A DNA stretch of 64,000 bases from Longimicrobiales bacterium (GCA_965203485.1 OZ241892.1:2784001-2848000), one strand, 5' to 3'. Positions 30,899 through 40,497 are shown, numbered from the stretch's first letter. Translations and numbers: made by a program. Notes: generated by a model not told the origin, from the letters alone.

Positions 30899-31939
30899 AT
30901 GGCGACGAGCCTCGTGTGGGGTGTGCTGGCTACCCGCTCGTTCCAAGGCGTCTCGGATTCTCGCGGTTCAGACGACACCGTAGGCTTTGGCGATGCCGGG
31001 GCGACGGTGTCGCCTCCGCCCGGTGCGACGGCCTTCTCCGAAGTGTTGTCGGCAACCGACGCCGACCTTCGGGATTCTGTTTGGTTCGTCCTCGACCGGA
31101 GAGGACGCCGCGTGCACCGGTTCGGGGAGTCGGGTGCGCTTCTCGGGACTTTCGCGCGGGAGGGAAGGGGTCCGGGCGAGCTTTCGTTTCCCTCCGCGGT
31201 GGCTGTTCATCGCGACACGGTGGTGGTGGCCGACGGGCTCGCCATTCTGCTGTACGCGCCTAGCGGCGAGCACATCGAGGACCGCAGGTTCTCTTTCGAC
31301 GGTTGCTGGGCGCCTCGCATCACGGACGTCAACTCGGGCCCGCTCGGTCTTCTCTTCCTAGTTCGTTGTACGAGCCGGGCGCGGGAAAGCGCGGTGTTTC
31401 TCGCGGCCGCGGACGGGCGTGCCCGGCGACTCGCCGTCCTTTCTGCGAAGGGGCGCGGAAACGTGTTGAGCTTCGCGTCCACACCAGTCGTCAGCGCCCA
31501 TGGTGGCGGCTTCGTGTTTGGCGATGCGCGGTCGGACTGCTTGGACTTGTTCGACGGAGGCGGCGCGCCCAAGCGGCGCTTCTGCCACGACTGGATGCCG
31601 CGCCTGCCCTTGTCCAGGCAGGAAAGGGACGACGTGGAGGAGGAGCTTCGAGGCCTCGCGGGCGCGGCGGGACTTCGCTTGGACGTTCCGGCGAGCCTCC
31701 CTCCGTTCGACCGCGTGTTCGCGCTGGAAGGCGGAAGACTGGCCTACCGCGCCCTGGCCCGGGACTCGAGCGGAGAGGTGACGATGTTTCGATTGGTCGT
31801 CCAAGGCGAGACGGGCGACGCGCTGGCGCTTCCGGTGCCTCTCGCCTCGGCCGTGTTCGCTTCGGGCGAGTCCGCGCTGGCCGCGTGGGAGGCCGTGGAC
31901 GCCATGCACGTCGCCGTGTATTCCTTGCGGGACTTCTGA
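30899..31939 (+). CDS. Exported NHL/6-bladed beta-propeller protein (start uncertain)
   Basis: VLDRRGRRVHRFGESGALLGTFAREGRGPGELSFPSAVAVHRDTVVVAD; hydrophobic N-terminus. Confidence 0.75.
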   Translation: MATSLVWGVLATRSFQGVSDSRGSDDTVGFGDAGATVSPPPGATAFSEVLSATDADLRDSVWFVLDRRGRRVHRFGESGALLGTFAREGRGPGELSFPSAVAVHRDTVVVADGLAILLYAPSGEHIEDRRFSFDGCWAPRITDVNSGPLGLLFLVRCTSRARESAVFLAAADGRARRLAVLSAKGRGNVLSFASTPVVSAHGGGFVFGDARSDCLDLFDGGGAPKRRFCHDWMPRLPLSRQERDDVEEELRGLAGAAGLRLDVPASLPPFDRVFALEGGRLAYRALARDSSGEVTMFRLVVQGETGDALALPVPLASAVFASGESALAAWEAVDAMHVAVYSLRDF

Positions 31940-31943
31940 CTCT

Positions 31944-32684
31944 GTGAACACTGCGCTCGAGCCGGCTCCGGTCCGAGTCGAGGCGTTGGCGGCGTCGTAC
32001 CGGAGAGTTCTTCGCCGCCAAGCGGTGCTTCACGACGTGGAGATGGCGGTGGAGCCGGGCGAAGTTGCGGCGCTGGTGGGGCCGAACGGGGCGGGGAAGA
32101 CGACGCTTTTGAGGATCCTGCTGGGCTTTAAGCAGCCCGACCGCGGGCAGTGCGCCGTCGCCGGCCTGTCCCCGAAGGAGTATCGGCGCCGCCGGGGCGT
32201 GGGATACCTCCCGGAGTCGCTGGTCTTTCCGCGTGTGTGGACATGTCGCGACTTTCTAGGGCGAAGCGCGGACCTGTCCGCCGAGCCGTCGCAGCGGCGG
32301 GCGGTCTTCGCGCGCTCGGTGGCGAGGAGCGGTCTCGACGCCGCGGCGCTCGACAAGCCGGCCCGGCTGTGCTCGAAGGGCATGCGCAGGCGGCTCGGGC
32401 TCGCGCACGCTCTCGCCGCCGAACCGGCGCTCGTCGTGCTTGACGAGCCGTTCTCGGGGCTGGACCCGCGGGCGCGCGCGGCGTTGCGAGAGGAAGTGCA
32501 GGCGGCCCGGGAGCGCGGCGCCGCCGTGCTGTTCGCGAGTCACGAGACGGCCGAAGTGCAACGGCTGGCCGACCGCGTCTTCATTCTGGCGGCTGGACGG
32601 ACGCGGCCCGGACCCGCGCGTTCCGGCGACCCCGTGGCCGACTTGGCCGACTTGGAGGCCGAACTTCTGCGCGGCGACCGGTGA
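31944..32684 (+). CDS. ABC transporter ATP-binding protein
   Basis: GPNGAGKTT; SKGMRRRLGLA; LDEPFSGLDP; ASH. Confidence 0.93.
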   Translation: MNTALEPAPVRVEALAASYRRVLRRQAVLHDVEMAVEPGEVAALVGPNGAGKTTLLRILLGFKQPDRGQCAVAGLSPKEYRRRRGVGYLPESLVFPRVWTCRDFLGRSADLSAEPSQRRAVFARSVARSGLDAAALDKPARLCSKGMRRRLGLAHALAAEPALVVLDEPFSGLDPRARAALREEVQAARERGAAVLFASHETAEVQRLADRVFILAAGRTRPGPARSGDPVADLADLEAELLRGDR

Positions 32685-33412
32685 CCGACCGGCTCTTGCC
32701 GGCGCCGAAGCGACTCGCGTTGGTTGCTCGCGAGAACGCCCGCGGCTTCGCAGCGCTTGTCGCGTTCGCCGGAGCCCTGTACGGGTTGTATGCGATGATT
32801 GAGGACGCGACGGAGTCGTGGATGGACGTTGCGCCCCGCCTGCTGGCCTTCCTTGCGCCATTGGTGGTCGTGGGCAGCTTCCGCCAGAGGATGGCCGGCG
32901 CAGCCGCTCTCTGGCTCCAGAGGCCGGTGGACCCGTTGCGCTTCCATTTCGCCCGCTTCATCGAGGTCGCGTTGGTCGCGGTGGCCTCCGCGTCGCTGTT
33001 TCGGTGCACGGCCGTGGCCGTCGGTCTGGCGGGCGGCTGGGAGCCCGAAGCGCATCCGTTGCAGCCTCTGCCGACGGACGCCTTGAGAGCGGTTGCGATC
33101 GCCGCCGTCGGCTTCGGCCTGTCCTGTTGGTGGGGCGAGCGCGGCAGGCTGGCCGCCTGCGCCTACTTTGCGCTTTCCATGGCCGCGGCCGTGCAGATGC
33201 TCTTGGCCGGCGCGGGTGAAGAGCCATGGACCCAGGTCGTTCGCGCGGTGTCCTTGCCCGCTACGGCGCGCCTTGAAGAAGCGCTTTGGTTCCTCGTCGG
33301 CAGCCCCGGCGGCGACGGGCGCGCCGCGGCGTGGTTCCTCGCCTACGTGGCGGCATGGCTGGGCGTGGGTGCGGTCGGCATCCGCGCCCTCGCCGAGCAA
33401 CGGGCCAAGTAG
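32681..33412 (+). CDS. ABC transporter permease (about 6 TM)
   Basis: GTGA overlap with the ATPase; hydrophobic segments. Confidence 0.75.
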   Translation: MTDRLLPAPKRLALVARENARGFAALVAFAGALYGLYAMIEDATESWMDVAPRLLAFLAPLVVVGSFRQRMAGAAALWLQRPVDPLRFHFARFIEVALVAVASASLFRCTAVAVGLAGGWEPEAHPLQPLPTDALRAVAIAAVGFGLSCWWGERGRLAACAYFALSMAAAVQMLLAGAGEEPWTQVVRAVSLPATARLEEALWFLVGSPGGDGRAAAWFLAYVAAWLGVGAVGIRALAEQRAK

Positions 33413-33446
33413 GCCACCGAGCCGCCGGTCTCGTATCAGGTCCCGC

Positions 33447-33551
33447 CATTTCCGGGCGGCCTTCGGCCTGGAGTACGTGGGCACGGACAACCGCCCGCAC
33501 AAGGCCGTGGTCGTCCACCGCACGCTCCTGGGGTCGATGGAGCGCTCGTTC
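33447..33551 (+). pseudogene. thrS: Short fragment of a threonyl-tRNA synthetase gene
   Basis: FGLEYVGTDNRPHKAVVVHRTLLGSMER resembles the ThrRS motif-3 region (F.LEY...DN..H.PV..HRA.LGS.ERF). Confidence 0.7.
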
Positions 33552-33901
33552 AGGGCGCCGCCATCGTCGCCATCCCGACCGCGCTTCGGTTTCTGCCGCT
33601 CTGATCGGTCGCGCCGCGGCGCCGACCACGAGTTGGCGGATGGTCCCGGACGGCGCGGGTCGTGCCGAGTTCCCCGTCGGTGGCTGTCAGCGACGAGTTC
33701 GTGATGGCTCCAATCCCTCGAAACCCCTTGCCCCACGGGCCGCGGTGGAATCGCGTTCGCGCTCTTGCCGAATGTCGTCCGAGAGCGGACTTGACGCGCA
33801 TGGCCGATTGGTTATGCCTTGGAAGCAGGTCCCATTCCTCTCCGTGCCCTGGCAAGCGCGGAAGCCTCCTCCTTCGGCTCTCGTCGACAGGACTTCACGC
33901 C

Positions 33902-34425
33902 ATGAAAGACAGACGCGAACTCTCCCAACTTGTGTTCGCCGGACTGCTTTCGGTGGCCTTCCACGCTGGCTTTGCCCCGGTGGCCGGAGCCAGTCAGCCT
34001 CCCGCCCCCGTTCCCGCGTTCGCTTGGCTTGAAGTGGCGGAGGGAGACGTAGAGGAAGCTGAAGCGTCGGCAATATCCCGGCATCTTGCCGTTGACGCCG
34101 ACGGCATCGCAACGGACGTCAAGGACGACGAATCGGGATCCATCTCACGGCGTCCGTCTTGGCGGACACCTCGCTTCCGCAAGAGCGTGGAGCGCCCTCC
34201 ATCCGTTCCGATGCGGGCTGCCGCCCCGAATGGGCCAGCGAGGGCAGGATCACGCCCAGCAGCGGCGCTCCAGGCGAGATTGACGGAATTGAAATCACGG
34301 TGTGCAGACTCAGGGACGAACGGGTGGTTTACTTCGAGACTGACGCCATGGGCAGGGCGACCTTTATCTTTCGATGCGACTACGGTCGCAACTGCAAGCC
34401 ACGCGCCCACCTGGTGAACATGTAA
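33902..34425 (+). pseudogene. Secreted small protein with 4-Cys C-terminus, apparently frameshifted near 34100-34160
   Basis: Signal peptide MKDRRELSQLVFAGLLSVAFHAGFAPVAGA; alternative frame ends GCRPEW...VCRLRDERVVYF...FRCDYGRNCKPRAHLVNM* with TAATG overlap to the next gene. Confidence 0.5.
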
Positions 34426-34620
34426 TGCACGACCGTTCGAAACAAGGCGTGGTGATGCGCATTGGACGCGGCGTTGTTGTTGTATTGGCGGCTAGTGCGC
34501 CGGAGACGGCAGCACAACAGATTCTGGAAGTGGACATGGACGCCGGCCGAGAGCTCGTCGGCGGGATCGAGTACCTGTTCGACTCCAGAACCGCGGCGGT
34601 GGACTACGACCGACGGCTAG
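34425..34620 (+). pseudogene. 5' stub of an exported protein (possibly beta-propeller) truncated by the IS
   Basis: Signal-like ...VVVVLAASAPETAA|QQILEVDMDAGR...AVDYDRRL, then runs into the IS inverted repeat. Confidence 0.55.
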
Positions 34621-35361
34621 CAGCCCGTGGACAAACCGGTTTGGCGCGTGCGCGACGGAACTCGGCTGGACACGGGCGTTTACCGGGCTCTCGACGGCGC
34701 GAACGCGCGGAAGTCGCGCAATAGAGGGCTTGAAGCGGCCCCGAGAGGCGTCGAAGCGGCTCGAGAGCGGCCATTGGGCGGCAAAATCGGCGCAAAACGG
34801 AGCCTGCGGCGCCCGTCGCGCAGGAATCGAGCACAGCTTGCGCTGCGGCGGGGCGGCCCTGCAGGCCTCGTGGCGTGCCGACTCCGAAGCGTCTTCGCAT
34901 GAGCAGCCCGAGGTTGAAGGCGGCGACGTGAATCAGCATCCGCTTGCGGATGTCCTCGTGGCCGCGAACGTGCACGCGGCGAAGCCCGCCCGTCGCCAGC
35001 AGGTGCGCGAACGAGCGCTCCAGCTTCTCGCCCCGCATCCGCAGCAGCGTACCCCACCATCAGCGCCCGAAAGTACACCCCCGGAGGAATCCCCGGCCGG
35101 CCCACGTTGCCCGCGTAGAACCCGGCGCACACCTCCTCCGCGAACTCGTCGAAAGCCGTCTTCCCGCAACAGCTTGTCCAGCGCCCGGTAGAACGGATGC
35201 TCCGACGCGCTGATCTCGCTCGTCGCCACGAACAGCGCCTCCTGCCGAACGCTCCGACGCTTGCCCAACGCCATCGCCGTCCTCCTTCAAGGGAATCGTT
35301 CCGTCACTCCAATCTAATCCCTACCAATCACCGGCACCGCCGGGACTTTATCCACGGGCTG
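34621..35361 (-). mobile_element. Internally deleted (non-autonomous) copy of the same IS, 741 bp
   Basis: IRs CAGCCCGTGGACAAA (34621-35) and TTTATCCACGGGCTG (35347-61); junction near 35049 removes about 780 bp relative to copy 1; flanks CTAG and CTAA. Confidence 0.9.
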
Positions 35362-35608
35362 CTAAGGGACTTCGGCAGGTGCGCCGCGTCCTTCGCCGCG
35401 GCGCACCCGGCACCGCGGAGATCGCGCCGAGCAGCGTTTCTTTCGGCCTGCGGGAAGCCCGTCCGTCCGAGGACGGCCTCATGGACTTGGATGCCGCCCT
35501 TCGCGTTGCGTTACGGCCGACGATGGGACAGCAACCGTTCGGGCGCGAGCCCCTGCACTGTCCCGTTCGGCCATGGGCGGGTCCCGGCCGCGCGCCCATA
35601 CTTCTGCC

Positions 35609-37387
35609 ATGGTGGACGGCGGAGGGAGACTCGGCGAAATCCTGGTGGAGGACGGCGCGCTGGCGAAGGGCGCGCTCGCCGCCGCCATGGAAGAGCGGAC
35701 GCGCTCGGGCCGGCGACTCTCGGACATTCTGCTGCGGCGCGGCGTCGTGGACGAGGTCCAAGTGGCCAAGGCGCTGGCCCGGCAACTGGGGCTGCAGTAT
35801 GCGGAGCCGCCGTTTCGACCCGAGTCCAGCGCGTTGGCGAGGATCGAGCCCGGGCTGGCTCGGGCGAAGGGCGTGCTGCCGGTGGCGGTCGAGGGCCGGC
35901 GGCTCCGGGTGCTGCTGGCCGACCCACTCGACGCGGAGGCGGTGGAGGAGGTGCGATTCCAGTCGGGCTGCCACGTCGAGCCGCTGGCGGCGGCGCCGTC
36001 CGCGGTCCTGAAGGCCGTCAGGGACGCGTACGGCGGCGAACTCCCGGAGCTGCTCAGCCGACTTGCCCAAACGCCGTCCGGCAACGCGGGCGACGCCGGC
36101 GAGCACCGAGCCCTCGAGCGCGAAGCGAGCGCCGCGCCGATCGTGCGGATCGTGGACCATCTGCTGGCCGAGGCCATGGACGCGCGGGCCAGCGACATCC
36201 ACGTCGAGAGGATGGGCGAGGGCTCGCGGGTGCGTTTTCGCGTCGACGGGCTTCTGGCGAGCGCCGCGGAGTTGCCGCCGGGAACTCATCGCGCCGCGAT
36301 CTCGCGAGTCAAGATCATGGCCGGGCTGGACATCTCGGTTCGGAGGCGGGCACAAGACGGAGGCTTCACGGTGCGGAGGCAGAACGCCGAGATCACGGTT
36401 CGCGTTTCCACGATTCCCACGCACGAAGGCGAGAAGGCCGTGCTCCGCCTTCTCGATCCCGGCGACGCACCTCGCGACTTGGCCTCGCTGGGTTTCGCGC
36501 CCGCGGACCTCGAACGCTTGCGCCGGATCCTGGGCCGAGGCCAAGGCGTGCTGCTCGCGGCCGGCCCGACCGGCAGCGGCAAGACGACCACGCTGTCGGG
36601 CGCAGTGGCCGAGCTGGCTGCCGAGCACGTGAACATCGTCACCCTCGAGGACCCGATCGAATACCGCTTTCCCGGACTGGCGCAGGTGCAGATCGACCGC
36701 AAGGCCGGCGTCACGTTTCCGTCGGGACTTCGTGCAATTCTGCGCCAGGATCCGGACGTGATCCTCGTAGGCGAGATCCGGGACCGAGAGACGGCCGAGA
36801 TCGCCATGTCGGCCGCGGTGACCGGCCACTTGGTGCTGACGACGGTGCACACGATCGACGCGCCGAGCGCCGTTGCGCGGTTGCTGGAGATGGGCGTGCC
36901 ACCATTCCTCGTCGCCGGCGGACTCGCGGGCGTGGTGGCGCAACGGCTGGTGCGCCGAGTCTGTTCGCACTGCCGCGGACGCAACAGCGCAGCGTGCAGG
37001 GTATGCAAGGACGGCTACTGGGGGCGCAGCGGCGTCTTCGAAGTGCTCGCCGTGGACGACGAAGTCAGGACGGCGGTGGCCGCGGGCGCTTCAGTGACGG
37101 CGTTGCGCGCCCTTGCCCGCCGCAACGGCATGGCCTCGATGGCGCGCGATGCCCGGCGGCAGATCGCCGAGGGCGTGACCACGCCCCACGAAGCGGGACG
37201 GATCATTGCGCTCTCAGAGGCTACCGGCCTCCCTTGCGGCGTCTGCCAAGAAGCGCTTCCGCCCGGTGCGGCGGGTTGTCCGTTTTGCGGCCGCCCGCGC
37301 GTTGTCGCTTGCCCCTGCGGCGAGCCGCTCGAGCGCCGCTGGCGCTTCTGTCCGGCGTGTCTTCGCCCAACCGCCGGCGCAACATAA
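35609..37387 (+). CDS. GspE/PilB-family secretion ATPase with MshEN-like N-terminus and C-terminal double zinc ribbon
   Basis: RLGEILV; ASDIHVE; GPTGSGKTTTL; LRQDPDVILVGEIRD; CGVC..CPFC..CPC..CPAC tail. Confidence 0.92.
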   Translation: MVDGGGRLGEILVEDGALAKGALAAAMEERTRSGRRLSDILLRRGVVDEVQVAKALARQLGLQYAEPPFRPESSALARIEPGLARAKGVLPVAVEGRRLRVLLADPLDAEAVEEVRFQSGCHVEPLAAAPSAVLKAVRDAYGGELPELLSRLAQTPSGNAGDAGEHRALEREASAAPIVRIVDHLLAEAMDARASDIHVERMGEGSRVRFRVDGLLASAAELPPGTHRAAISRVKIMAGLDISVRRRAQDGGFTVRRQNAEITVRVSTIPTHEGEKAVLRLLDPGDAPRDLASLGFAPADLERLRRILGRGQGVLLAAGPTGSGKTTTLSGAVAELAAEHVNIVTLEDPIEYRFPGLAQVQIDRKAGVTFPSGLRAILRQDPDVILVGEIRDRETAEIAMSAAVTGHLVLTTVHTIDAPSAVARLLEMGVPPFLVAGGLAGVVAQRLVRRVCSHCRGRNSAACRVCKDGYWGRSGVFEVLAVDDEVRTAVAAGASVTALRALARRNGMASMARDARRQIAEGVTTPHEAGRIIALSEATGLPCGVCQEALPPGAAGCPFCGRPRVVACPCGEPLERRWRFCPACLRPTAGAT

Positions 37388-37426
37388 GGAGACACGGCCA
37401 GCGCCGACCTCCGCTTCCGCGCCCGC

Positions 37427-38533
37427 TTATCCTTCGAACGTCGCGGTGCGCGTCGCCAGCGCCTCGATGCGTTCCATGCGTGGCGCCACGCCGATTCCCG
37501 GCCCGTCGGGGACCGCCATCGTCCCGTTGACCATCTCGAACTCCGGAGCGACCACGTCTTCCCGCCAGTAGCGGCGCGAACTCGATATGTCGCCCGGCAA
37601 CGTGAAGCCCGGCAGGCAGGCAAGCGCCACGTTGTGCGCCCGACCGACGCCCGACTCGAGCATGCCGCCGCACCAGACGGGCCATCCCGCCGCGCGGCAC
37701 AGGTCGTGGATGGCCAACGACTCGGCGAGGCCTCCGACGCGGCCCGGCTTGATGTTGACAATGCGGCCGGCGCGCAACCGCACGGCCAGCCGGGCGTCGG
37801 CGGCCGATCGTATCGATTCGTCCAGACAGACGGGCGTCGCGATGCCGCGTTGCAGGGCGGCGTGGTCCAGCACGTCTTCGTAATGCAGGGGCTGTTCCAG
37901 CATCATGAGCGCGAATTCGTCGACTTGCTCGAGGCGCGCCGAGTCGCCCGGCCATGCATAGGCCGAGTTCGCGTCGGCCATCAAGGGAGCATCGGGAAAC
38001 GACTTGCGCACGGCGCGCAGCATCTCGACGTCGCGGCCCGGCTTGATCTTGAGCTTGATCTTTCGGTAGCCCTCCGCAAGGTGCCGCTCCACCTTGGTCA
38101 AGAGAGCGTCGTCGGAGTCCTGGATGCCTATGGAGACGCCCACGGGAACCGCATCGCCTTCGGCGCCCAGCAGGTCGCGCAACGGTACGCCGCGGCGTTT
38201 CGCCTCCAAGTCCCATCCCGCCATCTCGACCGCCGCCCGAGCCATGGGATGGCCGCGCAACCATGGAGCCGGACGCAGGTCCCGCGCATCGTCCACGCGA
38301 CATCCGACGAGTTCGGGCAACAGCCAAGTCGTGAGAACCGACCACGCGGTGTCGGCGGTCTCGTACGAATACGAGGGCTTTTCGCCAGCCACGCACTCGG
38401 CCCAACCTTCGACGCCGTCCGAAACCAGGACGAGCAACAAGACTCGTCTGGTGCGGGTGCTGCCGCTGCTGATTGCGAAGGGCTCGACGAGCTCCATCGC
38501 GAGCTCCCGCAGCACGGCTCTTTCGATTGTCAC
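37427..38533 (-). CDS. menC: o-succinylbenzoate synthase / N-acylamino acid racemase (enolase superfamily)
   Basis: KIKLKIKPG; DANSAY; LEQP; LDES; NIKPGRVGG; WCGGMLESG; PGDISSS. Confidence 0.88.
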   Translation of the reverse strand: MTIERAVLRELAMELVEPFAISSGSTRTRRVLLLVLVSDGVEGWAECVAGEKPSYSYETADTAWSVLTTWLLPELVGCRVDDARDLRPAPWLRGHPMARAAVEMAGWDLEAKRRGVPLRDLLGAEGDAVPVGVSIGIQDSDDALLTKVERHLAEGYRKIKLKIKPGRDVEMLRAVRKSFPDAPLMADANSAYAWPGDSARLEQVDEFALMMLEQPLHYEDVLDHAALQRGIATPVCLDESIRSAADARLAVRLRAGRIVNIKPGRVGGLAESLAIHDLCRAAGWPVWCGGMLESGVGRAHNVALACLPGFTLPGDISSSRRYWREDVVAPEFEMVNGTMAVPDGPGIGVAPRMERIEALATRTATFEG

Positions 38534-38647
38534 GTCACAACAGGCCGAGACGGCAACTTCCGGCCAGTCTCTTTCCTCAGGCGCCGCCCGGCCGACAATA
38601 TCCGGGCGGGCTCCGAGGAAGAGAGCGAACAGCGTTCAGCTAAGAGC

Positions 38648-39136
38648 CTACTTGCCCTTCGCCGCGGTCTTGGCCGCCTTGATCTTGTCCCGGCGAATGA
38701 TGCCGTGGATCGCGGTGAGCAGAGCGCTGGGGGGCTTCTTCAGTCCGCCGGCTATCAACGCGCTGCGGATCTGCGGAGGCGTGTACTTGGTCCCATGCTC
38801 AGCCAAGAACCGCCGGTACGCCGCCGTGGTCCCCATGCCGCGGAACGCGCGGGGGCTCACCTCAGGGTGTCCGGCGCCCTGCGACCGCGACCGCCGTCCG
38901 TTCTTCGCCGCCGCCTTCTTCGCGGCGGGCTTGGGGCCTGGCTTCCGGCCCGGCTTGCGCCCTGGCTTCCGGCCCGGCTTCGGACCCGGCTTCTTGCGTG
39001 CCGACGGACCGGCGAGGAGGCTCTCGAGCCCCCGAATGATGGTCCGCAGCTCTTCGCCGCGCTTGTCGTGATTGGCCAGTTCCACCTTGGCTTGGTCCAA
39101 GGCGTTCCGGTAGGTGCGCGCTTGCTGTGCGTCCAT
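38648..39136 (-). CDS. Basic Lys/Arg-rich protein, candidate nucleoid-associated protein
   Basis: N-terminal coiled-coil-like segment; KPG[PR] x5; AAKKAAAK; GGGAG RBS-like. Confidence 0.75.
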   Translation of the reverse strand: MDAQQARTYRNALDQAKVELANHDKRGEELRTIIRGLESLLAGPSARKKPGPKPGRKPGRKPGRKPGPKPAAKKAAAKNGRRSRSQGAGHPEVSPRAFRGMGTTAAYRRFLAEHGTKYTPPQIRSALIAGGLKKPPSALLTAIHGIIRRDKIKAAKTAAKGK

Positions 39137-39279
39137 GTGATCAGCTTCTCCCTAAATGCCTGATCGAATTGAGTTGACGGTCGCTCTGCCGCGCGGCCCG
39201 GCAATCCGGGCGCCGCGCAAGGCCCGACCCGTGACGAGAAGAACGATAGCACAATCTCGCGGCGTGCGCAAAATCGCTG

Positions 39280-40497
39280 TCACAGTTCTTCCAGGAGCGC
39301 GGCCAAGAACGCAATCCGGCGCGGCACGTCGGCCAGCAACACGTGTTCGTCCAGGGTGTGGGCGCCCCCTCCGTCCGGCCCAAGCCCGTCCAAGACAGGA
39401 AGGCCCGCCGCGGACGCGATGTTCCCGTCGCTGGCCCCACCCGTGCAGGCCTCGCCGAGCGCCAGTCCAACGTCTTTCGCAATGCGCCGCGCCCGTTCGA
39501 ACAACAACGCCGACGCCTTCGTCTTTTCCAGCGGTCCGCGGTTCGTCCCACCCTCTAGGCGCAATCTGCAACGGCCGTCGCGCGGGGCGAGCGAGCGGAT
39601 GGCGCTGTCGGCCGCGTCTCCGTCGGCTTTGGTCCAGAACCGAACGTCGATTGCGCACGACGCCTCATCGGCCACGACGTTGCTCAGTCGGCCGCCGCGC
39701 ACCGTTCCCACATTGACCGTGGTGCCATCGCCCAGGCCGCCGAGCGCGCGAATGCGCTCTATCTGATGAGCGATCTCGTGCACTGCGCTGGCGCCGGCCT
39801 CCGGCTCGATGCCCGCGTGAGCGGACCGGCCGGTCACACTGAGAACGTAGTCGGCGACTCCCTTTCGCCGAGTCTTGGCCGCGCCGCCCGGCGCCGAAGG
39901 TTCCAGCACCAAGCCGGAGCGCGCAGACTTCGCGCTCGCCTCGATTCGCGACCGCGAGTCCGGCGAGCCGATCTCTTCGTCGCAAGTGACCAGCAACCAT
40001 GTCTCCGTGCGCGGGCGCGCTCCCCTGTCGGCCAACGAGCGCAACGCGGTCAGCGCCGCCGCCAGTCCCGCCTTCATGTCGTATGAGCCGGGACCCTCGA
40101 TGCGGTCGGCGCTCACGGCGAAGGGAAAGCGCTCGAGGGTTCCGACGGGGTGCACCGTGTCCATGTGCCCCAAGAGAAGAAGGGGCTTGTCGCGGCCGAG
40201 ACGGGAGCGACGGCCGGGAAAGCGTCCCAAGAGGTGAACGCCCAGTCCGGGCGCCGCGAACGACTTCACGCCGCCGCCTGCGCGCGTCATCGCTTCTTCG
40301 ACGATCCGCGCGATCCGAGCGTTTGCAGCTTCGTCGCGAGACGGCGACTCCGCGCGCACCAGCGCCCCAAGCAGTTGCAGGAAGTCGCCGACGAGTCCGC
40401 CGTCGCCGCGCGAAGCGGAGCCGTCTGCGCGAGAAGTCCTTCGACGCAACGGGGAATCGCCGGCGGATCCGCCGCCTGCCGGGGCCTCGCCGGTCAC
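39280..40497 (-). CDS. M20-family metallopeptidase (glutamate carboxypeptidase-like)
   Basis: LGHMDTVH; GPGSYDMKAG; CDEEIGS; AHAGIEP; GGASDGN; GGAH; GTGA overlap with the glcF stop. Confidence 0.9.
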   Translation of the reverse strand: MTGEAPAGGGSAGDSPLRRRTSRADGSASRGDGGLVGDFLQLLGALVRAESPSRDEAANARIARIVEEAMTRAGGGVKSFAAPGLGVHLLGRFPGRRSRLGRDKPLLLLGHMDTVHPVGTLERFPFAVSADRIEGPGSYDMKAGLAAALTALRSLADRGARPRTETWLLVTCDEEIGSPDSRSRIEASAKSARSGLVLEPSAPGGAAKTRRKGVADYVLSVTGRSAHAGIEPEAGASAVHEIAHQIERIRALGGLGDGTTVNVGTVRGGRLSNVVADEASCAIDVRFWTKADGDAADSAIRSLAPRDGRCRLRLEGGTNRGPLEKTKASALLFERARRIAKDVGLALGEACTGGASDGNIASAAGLPVLDGLGPDGGGAHTLDEHVLLADVPRRIAFLAALLEEL

